A stretch of 32,666 nt of DNA from Conidiobolus incongruus B7586 (lineage: Eukaryota), in the NCBI GenBank assembly GCA_000697335.1, contig JNEM01009181.1, positions 1-32,666 on the forward strand, in the 5' to 3' direction. Of this stretch, positions 10,772 through 22,496 are shown piece after piece. A program made the position numbers and the translations under genes. The notes below the pieces were generated by a model. The model had not been told where the DNA came from. It saw only the letters and a program-made list of their open reading frames with translations, and did no database searches. The first letter of the stretch is position 1. Each line of letters opens with the position of its first letter.

Positions 10772-13700
10772 ATAAAACCTTAGTAATATGAATCAAATAA
10801 ATATAAATATTTAACAATATTGGACGCTAATTAATATATGAACCAACCCGATAAAATATTATGGAATTATCTCTGAATAATATTTACGTTTAGAATTAAT
10901 ATTATTAGGATAAAGAGTTTTTTATTTGTCTCATTTGGTTAAAATTCACCTTTAAACTAATTTATTACAATATTAATTGCATAAATTAAAATTTATTTTG
11001 AATGAATTTATATTATTATTTAATTCTAAAAAAGTATTTCAATTCCATCTATTGATTTTTCTAATTGAATGTTATACGATATCTGATGATAATTATAGAT
11101 TTCTTTTCACAGTATATGTGTTGGCAAATATAGGCTATAAATCATTTTAAATTAATGATAAATTGTGGTAAAATTGTTATGAACTATGAATTGACTTATT
11201 CCAAATAGATTTTTTTAATTCATTAATTATTTTAAATTAATTTATTTTTGCATTTATTTATTACTATTTGAAATAATATTATTAATGCTGTGTAAAATCA
11301 ATTCTTTTTTTCATACATAAAACTAAACTTATTAGAGACTTCTATAATTGTAATAGTTTATGTTAAAACCTATCTAATTTAGAATTATCAACATTTATTA
11401 GTTTTAATGTTTAGTTTATTATTACTTAAATTCTGTAAGTATAGTGGTGATAAAACCAATATTGTGCAAAGAGACAATTAATATAATGTCCATGTGGCAA
11501 TTTAATATATCAGTAAACAAAGTTTATTAAATTTTCATAGACAAATGGGTCAATATAGATATATTAGATTTTAAATTAGGTAGAATCAATATAATATAAT
11601 ATTGATAAATATAGTTTTAATCTTAGGAATAATGATAAAAACTAGAAAACAATGAGAATTGTGAGAAAAAAGAGGAATTAATTTCATTAGTTAAATAAAA
11701 ATTATTTATATAATAGATTAACTAAAAAGTAATACTTACTTGATTAATTTAGTTAAACCAATTATATGGAATTATATATAAGTATATTGAGAACTAGTCT
11801 CTTAAAAATTAAATAGAAAAGAATTAATATATTTAATATGATTTTAAAATTAAGATATTAATAAAATAAGAAACATTAATTCAATTAAATAATTAAATAA
11901 TAATTAATTTGAGCTTTAAAGAGAGTCATAATAATTTATATAATATATATGATAAATATTTTCTATAATAACCATCTTTGCTTAATATTTTCAACCAAAT
12001 TTTGTTGAAATAAAAGTTTATCGATGATATCACAATTGTACTCATGAATTTTAAATTTACCAAATTTTCAAATCTAAACTAATTTCAATTTAGTGTATAT
12101 ATGTATATATACTTATTTTCTTATATTTATTTATTATTATAATAATCACTCGCTCCTGATGTTAAAAAAATAATTTTTAATTTATATTCTGAATGAAACA
12201 GAAATAAGATAATTTTTAATTATTGTAGGAAAGAGTATTTTATGTAATATTAATTCAATATATTACCAATTCCTGAAAAACCAATATTTGGAAAATACTA
12301 AACAAATTAGACATTTGAATCTGTTTAATTTTAGAGCCTAAAGATAATATAACTAATCAAAAAGTACTTTTTTTCACTCTTATGATAAATTACCAAACTA
12401 TTCGATAGATTTAGTTTAATAGTTGAGAATGTAACAATATGAAAAATTAACTATTTTCCAAATAATGGTTATTACCTTTGAAAAAGTTTATATTCATATA
12501 TTATTGAGAAATTGAACAAAGTAATTTATTCAATTATTAGCTGGTCGACTGCTTTAATGTTAAATTTCTAATTCGACAAATTTTTAATCCTTTGTACTGG
12601 TATTTTGAGATAAGAATACTTGGAAAAATATTTAAAAATAACCCCCTAATGGCCTATAATCTATCATTAAAGATAGTGGCTTGAAAATCATAACTTAGAG
12701 TCTACTCCCTTATAAAATTATTGGTCTTTTGTTTTAATAAATTGGACTAAATTTTATCCATAATATATCTATTGAATTTATTGAATTTACTATTCAGTTT
12801 ATATATGAAAATGTCAATTTATAAAATCTAAAGACTGTGTTATTAAATATTAAAAAATATAAAATTTGAATTCAGATATTTAATAGATATTATAGTGAAA
12901 CAGATTTTAATAAATTTTTAATTAATTATTTATAATTTAGTTTATATGTATTTTTCTTAATTATTTTGATACAATTAGATGATTGATATTCAAAATTTAA
13001 TTCTACAAATTATATATTATAATGCAAAATTTGAGATTAAAATATTTCAAATAATCCGTTAATTAAATGTAAATTTGTATCTAAATTTAATTTTTTTCAA
13101 ATTATTACAACTTACCATATATATTGAATATTTATATGCAATATTAATTTTTTTTAATTTTTTTTAAATCAATATTTTTTTAATATTTTAAACCTATTCA
13201 TTCAATAAAAATATATAAATTTGTCTCAATTTATACTTAAATTTTTTAATATGAAATTATCTTTAATAAGAAATATTATAAAGTTGAAATAATAAAGAGT
13301 AAGGTTACATATATTTTGAAAAGTTCAAAAATTCATTAAGAATTGAAAAATATTAAATGACGATCTAAAATAGGATGAATGTCAAATTATATTTTATTTA
13401 CCAGATACCATTCATTTTTATTCAATCAAACAAATATAAGTATTGAATGCATAATGATATTTTCTGCGATATTATATTACAAATTATTTGGCAAAAATAA
13501 TGATTTTAAATAAGCTGAATGTTATGCAGAAAATATTTTATAGTTATCTTTCGAATATTACATTTTAGATATTTAAAAAGAGTTACTATTATCATGATTT
13601 TGAAAATTTAAAAATCATTTGTTTTAAATTATAATTTGAGATCAAAATTAATTTCAATTATTCATTTTAAGATTTGATATTTATATGTAATATTTTAATA

Positions 13701-15204
13701 TTATCGATTTATATAGTATGAAGAGATTACTTTATCAATATAGTATTGAATTTTGGATTTAATTAATGATGATTATTATTTTCAAGAAGATGTGAAGATA
13801 ATTGAATATATTTGCAATTAGCTTTGCATTCGTTATCTTAATAATTTCATTATATCTAAATTTCAAAAAATTTTTTCATAAAAATAATTTAAATTATAAT
13901 TAAAATCTGAAGAATAGCAAATAAACTTTAGTTGCTCCTGAACAATTAATATTATTCATTATTTTATCAGAAGGAAGTAATATTATTTCACTTTGATTAG
14001 TAATTAAGATCTATTCATATTTCTCAATTTATATTATGTTATTATTTAAAAATGTCAATATTTGATTTTGATCAAATAAATATGCAAAATTAATAAAATT
14101 TAATAATTTCTTTGAATTATTAATTAATTTGAAAAATTATTATAATTATTAATATATTCTATTACCTCGATCAACTGACCTTGAGTTTGATAATAATCAA
14201 CAGTTAAATTATATTTTATTACATTATTAACTCTTGAGGAAGAAATAATTTATATTTACTCTTAAATGCAATCCGATAGGAATATATATTAGAGTATTAC
14301 ATATTAATGCATATATAATTGGTTGAAAAAGATCTCTTTTTCAATATAAAATTTTTGAAATATGTATTAATTCCTCTTATAACTACTCTTTTTGCAGCAT
14401 TTTTGATAACTTTTCATAAATTTTATAAATTAATATCGAATAAGTTAGTAAAAATATATATTAATAAAATAAATTTATAAAGATGTATATAAAAATGAAT
14501 TAATTATATTGTTAAATTGTAAAACACATTTTGTTACATATTTGATTTATTTATTCGAGATTTGGCTTTGCCTATATTATGAACAAAATAAATTTTTCAG
14601 TTCCAAGCAAAATTAATATTTGTGCGCATCATGTAGGGTGAATCTAACTTGTGTGAGTAGTTCAAATGGTTAATTAGAAACAATGATTGTGTTATCAGTT
14701 TTATACATGATTTATTTCAAAAATCTTATCAAGAATTTTCTTTTAAATTTAATTAATCTTTTTTTTAAAACTAAATATTTCTTTTAGTTATTAGAATAAT
14801 ATATTCTGAAAATTAATAAATAATTTAGTAATTTTACATTTAAAATTTGAAAATATTGAGATAGATATATAAATTATAATGTACTTTAATATTTGTTAAA
14901 AATGATCTATTTAGAATTTTCTTATTATATCTCCAAATTTTTTCATCAAATTAATTAAATACATATTTAATGTTTAAGGAAAAACAAAATAAAATGCAAT
15001 TTATGAAACAAATGGATTAGACTTTGGATAAGATCTAGGTTCTAATCCTACTATAATTCAATTGTTTGTTTTTTATTAATTTTTATTCCTTGTTGTATCT
15101 ATTTAAATTTTTGATTTCGTGCTCACTATAATATAGACAATAATTAGAGACTATCCTTTGGTAATTTAATTGTGGATTGAATATATAAATCTATATACAA
15201 TAAG

Positions 15205-16965
15205 ATGATCTCCAATTGTTTTAAACAAAGCGATTCAAGTCCACAGAGTGGAATCTCCTGTGATAACTGTCGTAGGAGAAAAGTTTGGTGTGGGAGGCAG
15301 CTTCCTAAATGTAGCTGGTGCTTTAAATCGGGTGTCTCTTGTAGTTATCCTAAAGGAAATCATCGAAGACGAAGTGAGCAGTTCAAAGATATAGGAATAA
15401 TACAATTTAAACAATCGTCTCAAAAGGTCCAAAACAAAGGAAATCGACTGAAAGGTGAAAAATCTCTATCAGTTCTTGAAATGATACCTTGCACCTCAGT
15501 TAGTTTGAACTACACTTTCAATATTAAACCTCTACAGACAAATGAATATAGCTTCAGTGAAACTATAACAATACATACACAAGTTAAACCATGTAATGAA
15601 GCGATTAAATTCCAGCCCCACCTGATGCTCATGCTACTTGGACAAATAATTGATTGTAACGCTAGAATTGGTATTGAAGTAGGATGGCTTCAAGATAAAA
15701 TCAAATTGGGTATAATCGGCGGGTTTGTTCCATCCCATATTAAACTTGATAACACCTGGATCAGGGAGTTATACAAACCAGGGTTTAAACAACAAGCATT
15801 GGATAATTATTTCAAATATTTTCATTCTCGTAATGCATATTTTAGCAAACAATCATTTTATGATAATATTCATAAAGTGGACCCCGTATTACTTTCTGTG
15901 ATTATTTTCGTGGGATATTCTTATACTAGTAATATGCATAAAGATTTATTAAAATATTTAGAACATATTGCTAAAATTCATTTAAGAAAAAACTTTTTTA
16001 AAGTTTCCAAATCAAATTGCCAAGCTCTTTTGATTTTTTCCTATTCCATGCTATTTCGTGGCCTAGCTAAACAATCATTACCATATTTTAATCAGGCGTG
16101 CCGGATCTCTTCTATCTTAGGGATCCATTTAGATATTCATGGCTTACAAGGCATTTACCAGCATGAAAGAGGATGCATTCGAAGTATGGTGATATCTCAG
16201 GACCAACATATGACTACCATTTTAAACATCCCTCCAAATTATATGTCTATGCTCCCTCTTGTATCGAACTTGGAACCAAAATTTCAAGTTATTAGAGGAA
16301 TACATGGTGATCTTGAAATGGTAGAAGCAGAATGTATATGTTTAACACGATGGCTATATGACAAGTACTGGATGCCAGCGACTAATATCATGTCTCAATT
16401 CGTTTTAAAATATGAATTACCAAGTAATCAGCTCACATCTCAACAACTTGGAATTTATTGCGATTATTTAGGAAAACTTTACGATTTTTGCTTGATAAAA
16501 TCGTATGATAAATTTTTAATATTAACTAGCCGATATCCTTCTCCGGAATGCTTAACTATTATTCAGCGGCATGTTCAATCACTTACTTGTTTATATCATC
16601 AATGGATTCTACTGATTCATTCTCAACAACCACTTACATTCCAATCAAATTCTAATTTTGTCGATTATCATGTTCAAAGGTCTTTAAACGCAGCGAAAAG
16701 TTTATTTCAAATTGTAAAAAGTTATCCAATTAGTACAGTATATATGGTATATCATTTTTTATCAGCTGTTTCATTTTTCTATATAAGATTATATTTACAA
16801 TCTAAAGAAAATGAAATATTTCAAAAAGAAATTTTAATAGAATTAAGTATAGTTTATAATTTATTTTATAAATATGAAAAAGAATATTCTTTCTCAAATG
16901 ATACTTTCGATGTTTTAAAAGAAATGGTTACAATTTTAAAAATTAATTTAAAAATTAAAAATTAA
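15205..16965 (+). CDS. Zn(II)2Cys6 transcription factor paralog, 586 aa, intronless
   Basis: CDNCRRRKVWCGRQLPKCSWCFKSGVSC. MHR motifs are present, with YFHSRNAYF in place of YFHPWITYF. Confidence 0.92.
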   Translation: MISNCFKQSDSSPQSGISCDNCRRRKVWCGRQLPKCSWCFKSGVSCSYPKGNHRRRSEQFKDIGIIQFKQSSQKVQNKGNRLKGEKSLSVLEMIPCTSVSLNYTFNIKPLQTNEYSFSETITIHTQVKPCNEAIKFQPHLMLMLLGQIIDCNARIGIEVGWLQDKIKLGIIGGFVPSHIKLDNTWIRELYKPGFKQQALDNYFKYFHSRNAYFSKQSFYDNIHKVDPVLLSVIIFVGYSYTSNMHKDLLKYLEHIAKIHLRKNFFKVSKSNCQALLIFSYSMLFRGLAKQSLPYFNQACRISSILGIHLDIHGLQGIYQHERGCIRSMVISQDQHMTTILNIPPNYMSMLPLVSNLEPKFQVIRGIHGDLEMVEAECICLTRWLYDKYWMPATNIMSQFVLKYELPSNQLTSQQLGIYCDYLGKLYDFCLIKSYDKFLILTSRYPSPECLTIIQRHVQSLTCLYHQWILLIHSQQPLTFQSNSNFVDYHVQRSLNAAKSLFQIVKSYPISTVYMVYHFLSAVSFFYIRLYLQSKENEIFQKEILIELSIVYNLFYKYEKEYSFSNDTFDVLKEMVTILKINLKIKN

Positions 16966-17007
16966 TAAATAAATAAATAAATAAATATATATATATATAT
17001 ATATATA
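16966..17007. repeat. Compound (TAAA)n(TA)n microsatellite directly after the stop codon
   Basis: taaataaataaataaataaatatatatatatatatatatata. Confidence 0.85.
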
Positions 17008-20000
17008 CTTTTTTCTGTTTTATTAAATTTTTTTTTAAAATGAAAATAATTTTAAATAACTATTAGTTATTTCATTAATATTATATATAAAATTTTTGAA
17101 TATTCTATCATTCATATTTTAAATAATTTTACGCTATTTCTATCGTTATAATTACTAAATTATCTTATCCAAAGAATTAAGAATATTCTTATTATGATCA
17201 TGCATTAAAACTATATAGATTTAAAATTCATTGAATTTAGTTAGACAAGAAAATATAGTATCCTGTCATTGTTTATATGACAATTTGCTACTATAATCTT
17301 CTTAAAGATTATTCTGATAACAAGGAAGATCTTTATATTCATTCCTTTAAGTTTATATAAGAAAAAATTTTATCAATAATAACTATTTTTCCATTATTTG
17401 TCAATTTCAAATTTTTAGAATAGTTATATAAAATTATCCTAATATTGCTATATTGTTAAAATTCATTAAATATAATCCCGTATACTGATTTGAAATATAT
17501 AAATATATATGATTTAACTTTATAATACTAAAAATATTTATTCTAAATTTTAATTAAATCTGATAATTTTTATAAATTATTTCATATTCCCTTATTATTA
17601 CAATTTAGTAACAATTATATCTGAAGTCATCAGTAAATATCAGTACCCAAACTTAATCAATACATGTATCACTATAACGGCCAAATATGCATACAATAAT
17701 GGAATAAGCGAATTAATTGAATATTACATAAACGTGTAAAAATCATTGTTACATCATTAATTCGAATAGGTATTCAAATAAATATTACTTTTGAATAAAT
17801 AAACCTTGCATTCTGTACAAATTCCACACCCCCCACCACCACGTTTCGGATAAATTCAAGTGCTAGTAGATATATGAATAATCAACATGCCTATTTTATG
17901 TACTATACATGGTTTCGTCATTGGTATTTATAGCATCATATCTATACAGCTGAATTACTAATCAATATACCTATACCTACCAAAAATATCAAAAAATAAA
18001 CTTCATAATCATTCTTGTTTATGACTTAAAGGGGTAAAATCTAAATATTTATAATTTTATTAAAAATTAATAAAATCATTTAAACTATAAGTGAAAATAA
18101 AGGGAAAATAATACTCAAAAAATTTTCATAATAAAGTTATTCAACTTTTCTTCATCATTATTTATTTAATATTAATTTTAAAATTAGTATTTTAATTAAT
18201 TTAATATTATATTAAATTCATAATAATATTAAATTTATTTCATTTTATTATTTTAATTTTTATTTTATAATATTATTTAAATATAACAATAAAATTGTCA
18301 TACTCAATTTTTGAATCATGCACTAAATATTAGAAATTATTATTTGAATTATTAATTACATATATCAATGCATATTTACACTATATAAGTTGAATTTTTT
18401 AATTTTGAAAATAGAATAAAAATATATTAATTTATATAATTATTTAACAAATTAATATTATTAGATAAAACTAAAGTTATTTATACTTTATTCACTTATT
18501 TTATATTATGAATTACTATAAAATATTTGAAATAATTCTAAGTATATTATTTAACACTGAACAATTTATATATTTTACTAAAATTAATTTTTCAATCTAT
18601 TCAAAAAATGGTCTTTCATTAAATCATAAATTAATAAAAAGATCACTTTGAATTGATTCATTTATCAAAATACCATTCTTTTAAAGACAAAAAATAAATC
18701 AAAGATTAGTTACTAGTATAATATAATATAATATAATATAATAATATCAATATAAATATATCATAGTAATTCACAATATTTAACTTAATAATTTGACATT
18801 TATTATATATACTTTAATAAACCAATCTATCACATTGAATTTTAATAATTGATTAATAAAGTATTATTAATTTCTGGCAATACTGGCTCAATTGGAAAAT
18901 TGGAGTTAATAAGAAAATTTGGATTGATATTTGTACTTTATTAAATTAATTAAGAAATATATATGAAATTGGTGAATTATTTTAATAGAAATTATCAGTG
19001 TTCTAGTTACAACCTCCATATGAACTTACCAAACTTCAATATGTAACAATTTTTAATTAAATTAAAAATCCGCAATTAGCGGGATTTAATAAACTTGAAA
19101 CAAAAATTAATATTGAAAAAATAATTATAAAAATATAAATAAAACTGTAAAATATGAAAAAAAATTGATAAAAATGGTTGGTAAGTAATAATTAATTGAC
19201 ATATTGAGGTAGAATTTGATTATCAAATATTTTAATTAGTTCAATCAATAAATACTAATCATTCCCAGATTAAACAATCAAGTTTAAAAAAATAAGTTTG
19301 GCAAAGTTTAAAATTTGTATAACATGAATTGAATGTATTAGGTTAGTAAATAAACATTTCTGTCAAATTTATATTTAAAATTTTTAATTATTATTCAATT
19401 CGGAAGAGAGAATTAAACAGTAATAATATATATACATATAGTTTATGTGATAAGAAATAAACTTAATAAATATTCTTTTATTTATAATATCCTAATAGAC
19501 TGACATCATAAAGCAAAAATTCAAATCTGAAATGAAATTTTTGAATCTGAGCATTTAATCTGAAATACACTAGTATTTATTACAATATTACTGGCAATGA
19601 AATTTTAGTATCTAATCATATGTTAATAATTATTAGATTCTATTTGAAATCATTTTTTGGTTAGAAATTGTATAATAAAAATAGTACATAATATAATATT
19701 AATAATTAAAACTAGAAATTAATATTAAAGTAATATACTTTAACTATTTTTGTTTAATAATGAAAAATAAAATTTATATTTGACTCGAATTGGTATAATG
19801 TTGAAAATTTTGGAGGTGATCATAGCTATTGTGAACAAACACTTTAACCTTATGATACTTGTTCAAATTTGATTAGTATGTATTTAGATCTAGAATCAGT
19901 ATTATTTTTCATAAAAAAGGTGATGGTGGATGTGATTTTGCTACAATATTATTGCTGGTTTCAGTAAGCCAAACTCAAGACAATTCTTATAGGTAAGTTG

Positions 20001-20744
20001 TTTCATTGAATTATTAGATATCATGTGAATCAATATAAATATTAATTTGGTTGCTCAAGTGGATTTAATATTGAAAATTTCCGTATTTATACAATATCCG
20101 TAAAAAATTTGAAATCTGCATGATTTTTTTCAATAATTTGATGACTTGAAAACTTGAATAATTTGATTAGTAATTTCTGAAGTGAATATATTTTTGCCCA
20201 TTTTGAAAATTATTTTTTGAATTAAAATAATAATTTCAACGTAGGTATATTGATTAATCTATCCTAAGGGGGTATAGATCTACGCTTATTAAAAATAATT
20301 TATATTTTGAAAATAATACCCTATAATTGAATATTAAATCATAAATTTTGTACATTTATAATAGAATAATTATTAAATTAGAACAAAATAAACTTAAATA
20401 TAGCATTAATATCATTAATACGCTGAAATTATTTTATTTAAAATCAAAGTAGCAAATTTAGAAATTGCACTTTTATTGTCTCAAAATGGTTATTTTATAA
20501 TTACTAATTGAAACCAATCTCCATGTTTAAAATTGGCTCTGAATCATTAAGATATCCATGATTAAAATCTAGTTGAGTTAAATTTTTTAAACTGCATGAA
20601 ACCTGACTCAAAAAGTGGTGAATATAAATATAGCTCAGAATAACAAATTTAGTTGGAACTTTATTTAATTTTTTTTATTCCAACTAGTATTCTTCCTTTT
20701 TTCAATTAGCAACTATTAAGTAGATTTTTCATGGAACAAATAAT

Positions 20745-22496
20745 ATGCTATTAAATAATTCTTCAATTAACCAAACATCTCCTGAGAGTGGGGTATCTTG
20801 TGATAACTGCCGAAGACGTAAAGTCAAGTGTGGAAGACAGCTACCAAAATGCAATTGGTGCTTCAAGTCGGATGTACCTTGTAATTACCCTAAGGGGAAC
20901 CATCGAAGACATAGCGAAAAATTATTCGAAAATATGGGCAAAATTGAATTTAATCAGGTTAGTCAAACAAGAAAAAGTAAAGGAAATCAATTAGTTAGTG
21001 GGAAAAACTTATCTATACTAAAAATGGTTGGAAGTACTGCGGATGGATTCAACTACATTTTCAAAATTCAACCACCTTTATCAATGAAAAATATTCCTGT
21101 TGAAACTATTGTCATAAATCAACCACCTACAGCAAATCAAGGAATTCGATTCCAGCCACATCTAACGTTCATGCTCCTAGGTCAGATTGTTGATCAAAAC
21201 GCCAATATAGGTGATGAGATTGGATGGTTCCTTGACAATATCAAGCTAGGTATATTCGGAGGATTAACCAAAGCCCACATTAAACTCGACAACTTATGGA
21301 TCAGAGAATTATACAGTTCAACATTTCGAGATCAAGCATTTTATAATTATTTCAAATACTTTCACCCCTGGATCACATTTTTCAGTAAACAATTATTCTA
21401 CGAGCGCCTAGAGCTTATCGATCCCACACTGATATCAGTCATTCTTTTCGTTGGATATCAATATACAAACAACTCACATAAAGAATTACTCAAATATCTG
21501 GAGCATCAAGCGAAAGTTCAACTGAAGAGAAATTTTTTAAAGGCTACGAAATCGAATTGTCAAGCTCTTTTCATATTCTCTTACTCGATGCTACTTAGAG
21601 GATTAGCTAAGCAATCGCTACCCTATTTCAATCACGCATGCCGTATCTCAAGTATCCTCGGAATCCATTTAGATATTCCCGGTTTAAGTAATATTAATCA
21701 GCATGAGAGGCGATGTATCCGAAGCATGGCTCTATGCCAAGACCAGCACCTCACAAGTATTCTAAATATACCACCATATTATAGCTTTATGGTACCCATA
21801 GTATCCGTATTGGAACCGGAATTTCAAATTATAAATGGAGTTTACGATGAGTTTGAAATATTAGAAGCGGAGTGTATATGCTTAAATCGATGGTTATACG
21901 ATCGTTATTGGATGCCCACAACCAATTTGATGGCGCAACTATTTCTAAAATCTGAACTTAACAACCACCAATTAACTTCGAATCAACTGAAATCCAACTG
22001 TGATTGGATCAGGAATATGTATGATCATTGTTTAATCAAAAGTTGTGAAATGTTTTTAAAGTTAACAGGTCGATACTATTACTTCCATGACTATGTAACT
22101 ATTATCCAAAAGTACGTATGGTCATTGACATGTCTTTACCACCAGTGGATTATCCTCATCCATTCTCAATTACCGCCAGAATTCGATCCAATTACTAATG
22201 AAGTGGATTTTTACACCTCTAGATCTATTAAAGCTGTGAAGAGTATTTTTGAAATCGTCCAATGCAACCCAATCAGTACATTATACATGTACTATCATTA
22301 TTTATCAGCCATTTCATTCTTTTATTTGAGACTTTATTTAAATTCACATGAGAATAAGATATTTCAAAAGGAAATACTTAAAGAATTAAATAATGTATAT
22401 GATTTATTTATAAAGTATAAAAAGGATTATTCTTTTTCTAATGATACTTTAGACGCTTTGAATGAAATGTTAAAAGTGTTAAAAATTAAATTTTAA
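20745..22496 (+). CDS. Zn(II)2Cys6 transcription factor paralog, 583 aa, intronless
   Basis: CDNCRRRKVKCGRQLPKCNWCFKSDVPC, with MHR motifs as in the other paralogs. Confidence 0.93.
   Translation: MLLNNSSINQTSPESGVSCDNCRRRKVKCGRQLPKCNWCFKSDVPCNYPKGNHRRHSEKLFENMGKIEFNQVSQTRKSKGNQLVSGKNLSILKMVGSTADGFNYIFKIQPPLSMKNIPVETIVINQPPTANQGIRFQPHLTFMLLGQIVDQNANIGDEIGWFLDNIKLGIFGGLTKAHIKLDNLWIRELYSSTFRDQAFYNYFKYFHPWITFFSKQLFYERLELIDPTLISVILFVGYQYTNNSHKELLKYLEHQAKVQLKRNFLKATKSNCQALFIFSYSMLLRGLAKQSLPYFNHACRISSILGIHLDIPGLSNINQHERRCIRSMALCQDQHLTSILNIPPYYSFMVPIVSVLEPEFQIINGVYDEFEILEAECICLNRWLYDRYWMPTTNLMAQLFLKSELNNHQLTSNQLKSNCDWIRNMYDHCLIKSCEMFLKLTGRYYYFHDYVTIIQKYVWSLTCLYHQWIILIHSQLPPEFDPITNEVDFYTSRSIKAVKSIFEIVQCNPISTLYMYYHYLSAISFFYLRLYLNSHENKIFQKEILKELNNVYDLFIKYKKDYSFSNDTLDALNEMLKVLKIKF

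Noticed and set aside
11430..11520. Possible eroded zinc cluster (GDKP..CAK...PC)
   Set aside because: It needs two frameshifts in 30 nt and lacks the CxxCRxxKxxC half.
15235..15432. 65-aa minus ORF (and the 20788-20994 alternate-frame ORF)
   Set aside because: These are shadow frames of TF coding sequence.
18715..18750. (TATAA)n run and many AT-only inverted repeats in the spacers
   Set aside because: Expected low-complexity sequence at this AT content.
1664..22496. Recent gene conversion or assembly duplication among TF paralogs
   Set aside because: Synonymous positions differ throughout and the spacers are unrelated. Only short identical patches occur at conserved motifs.
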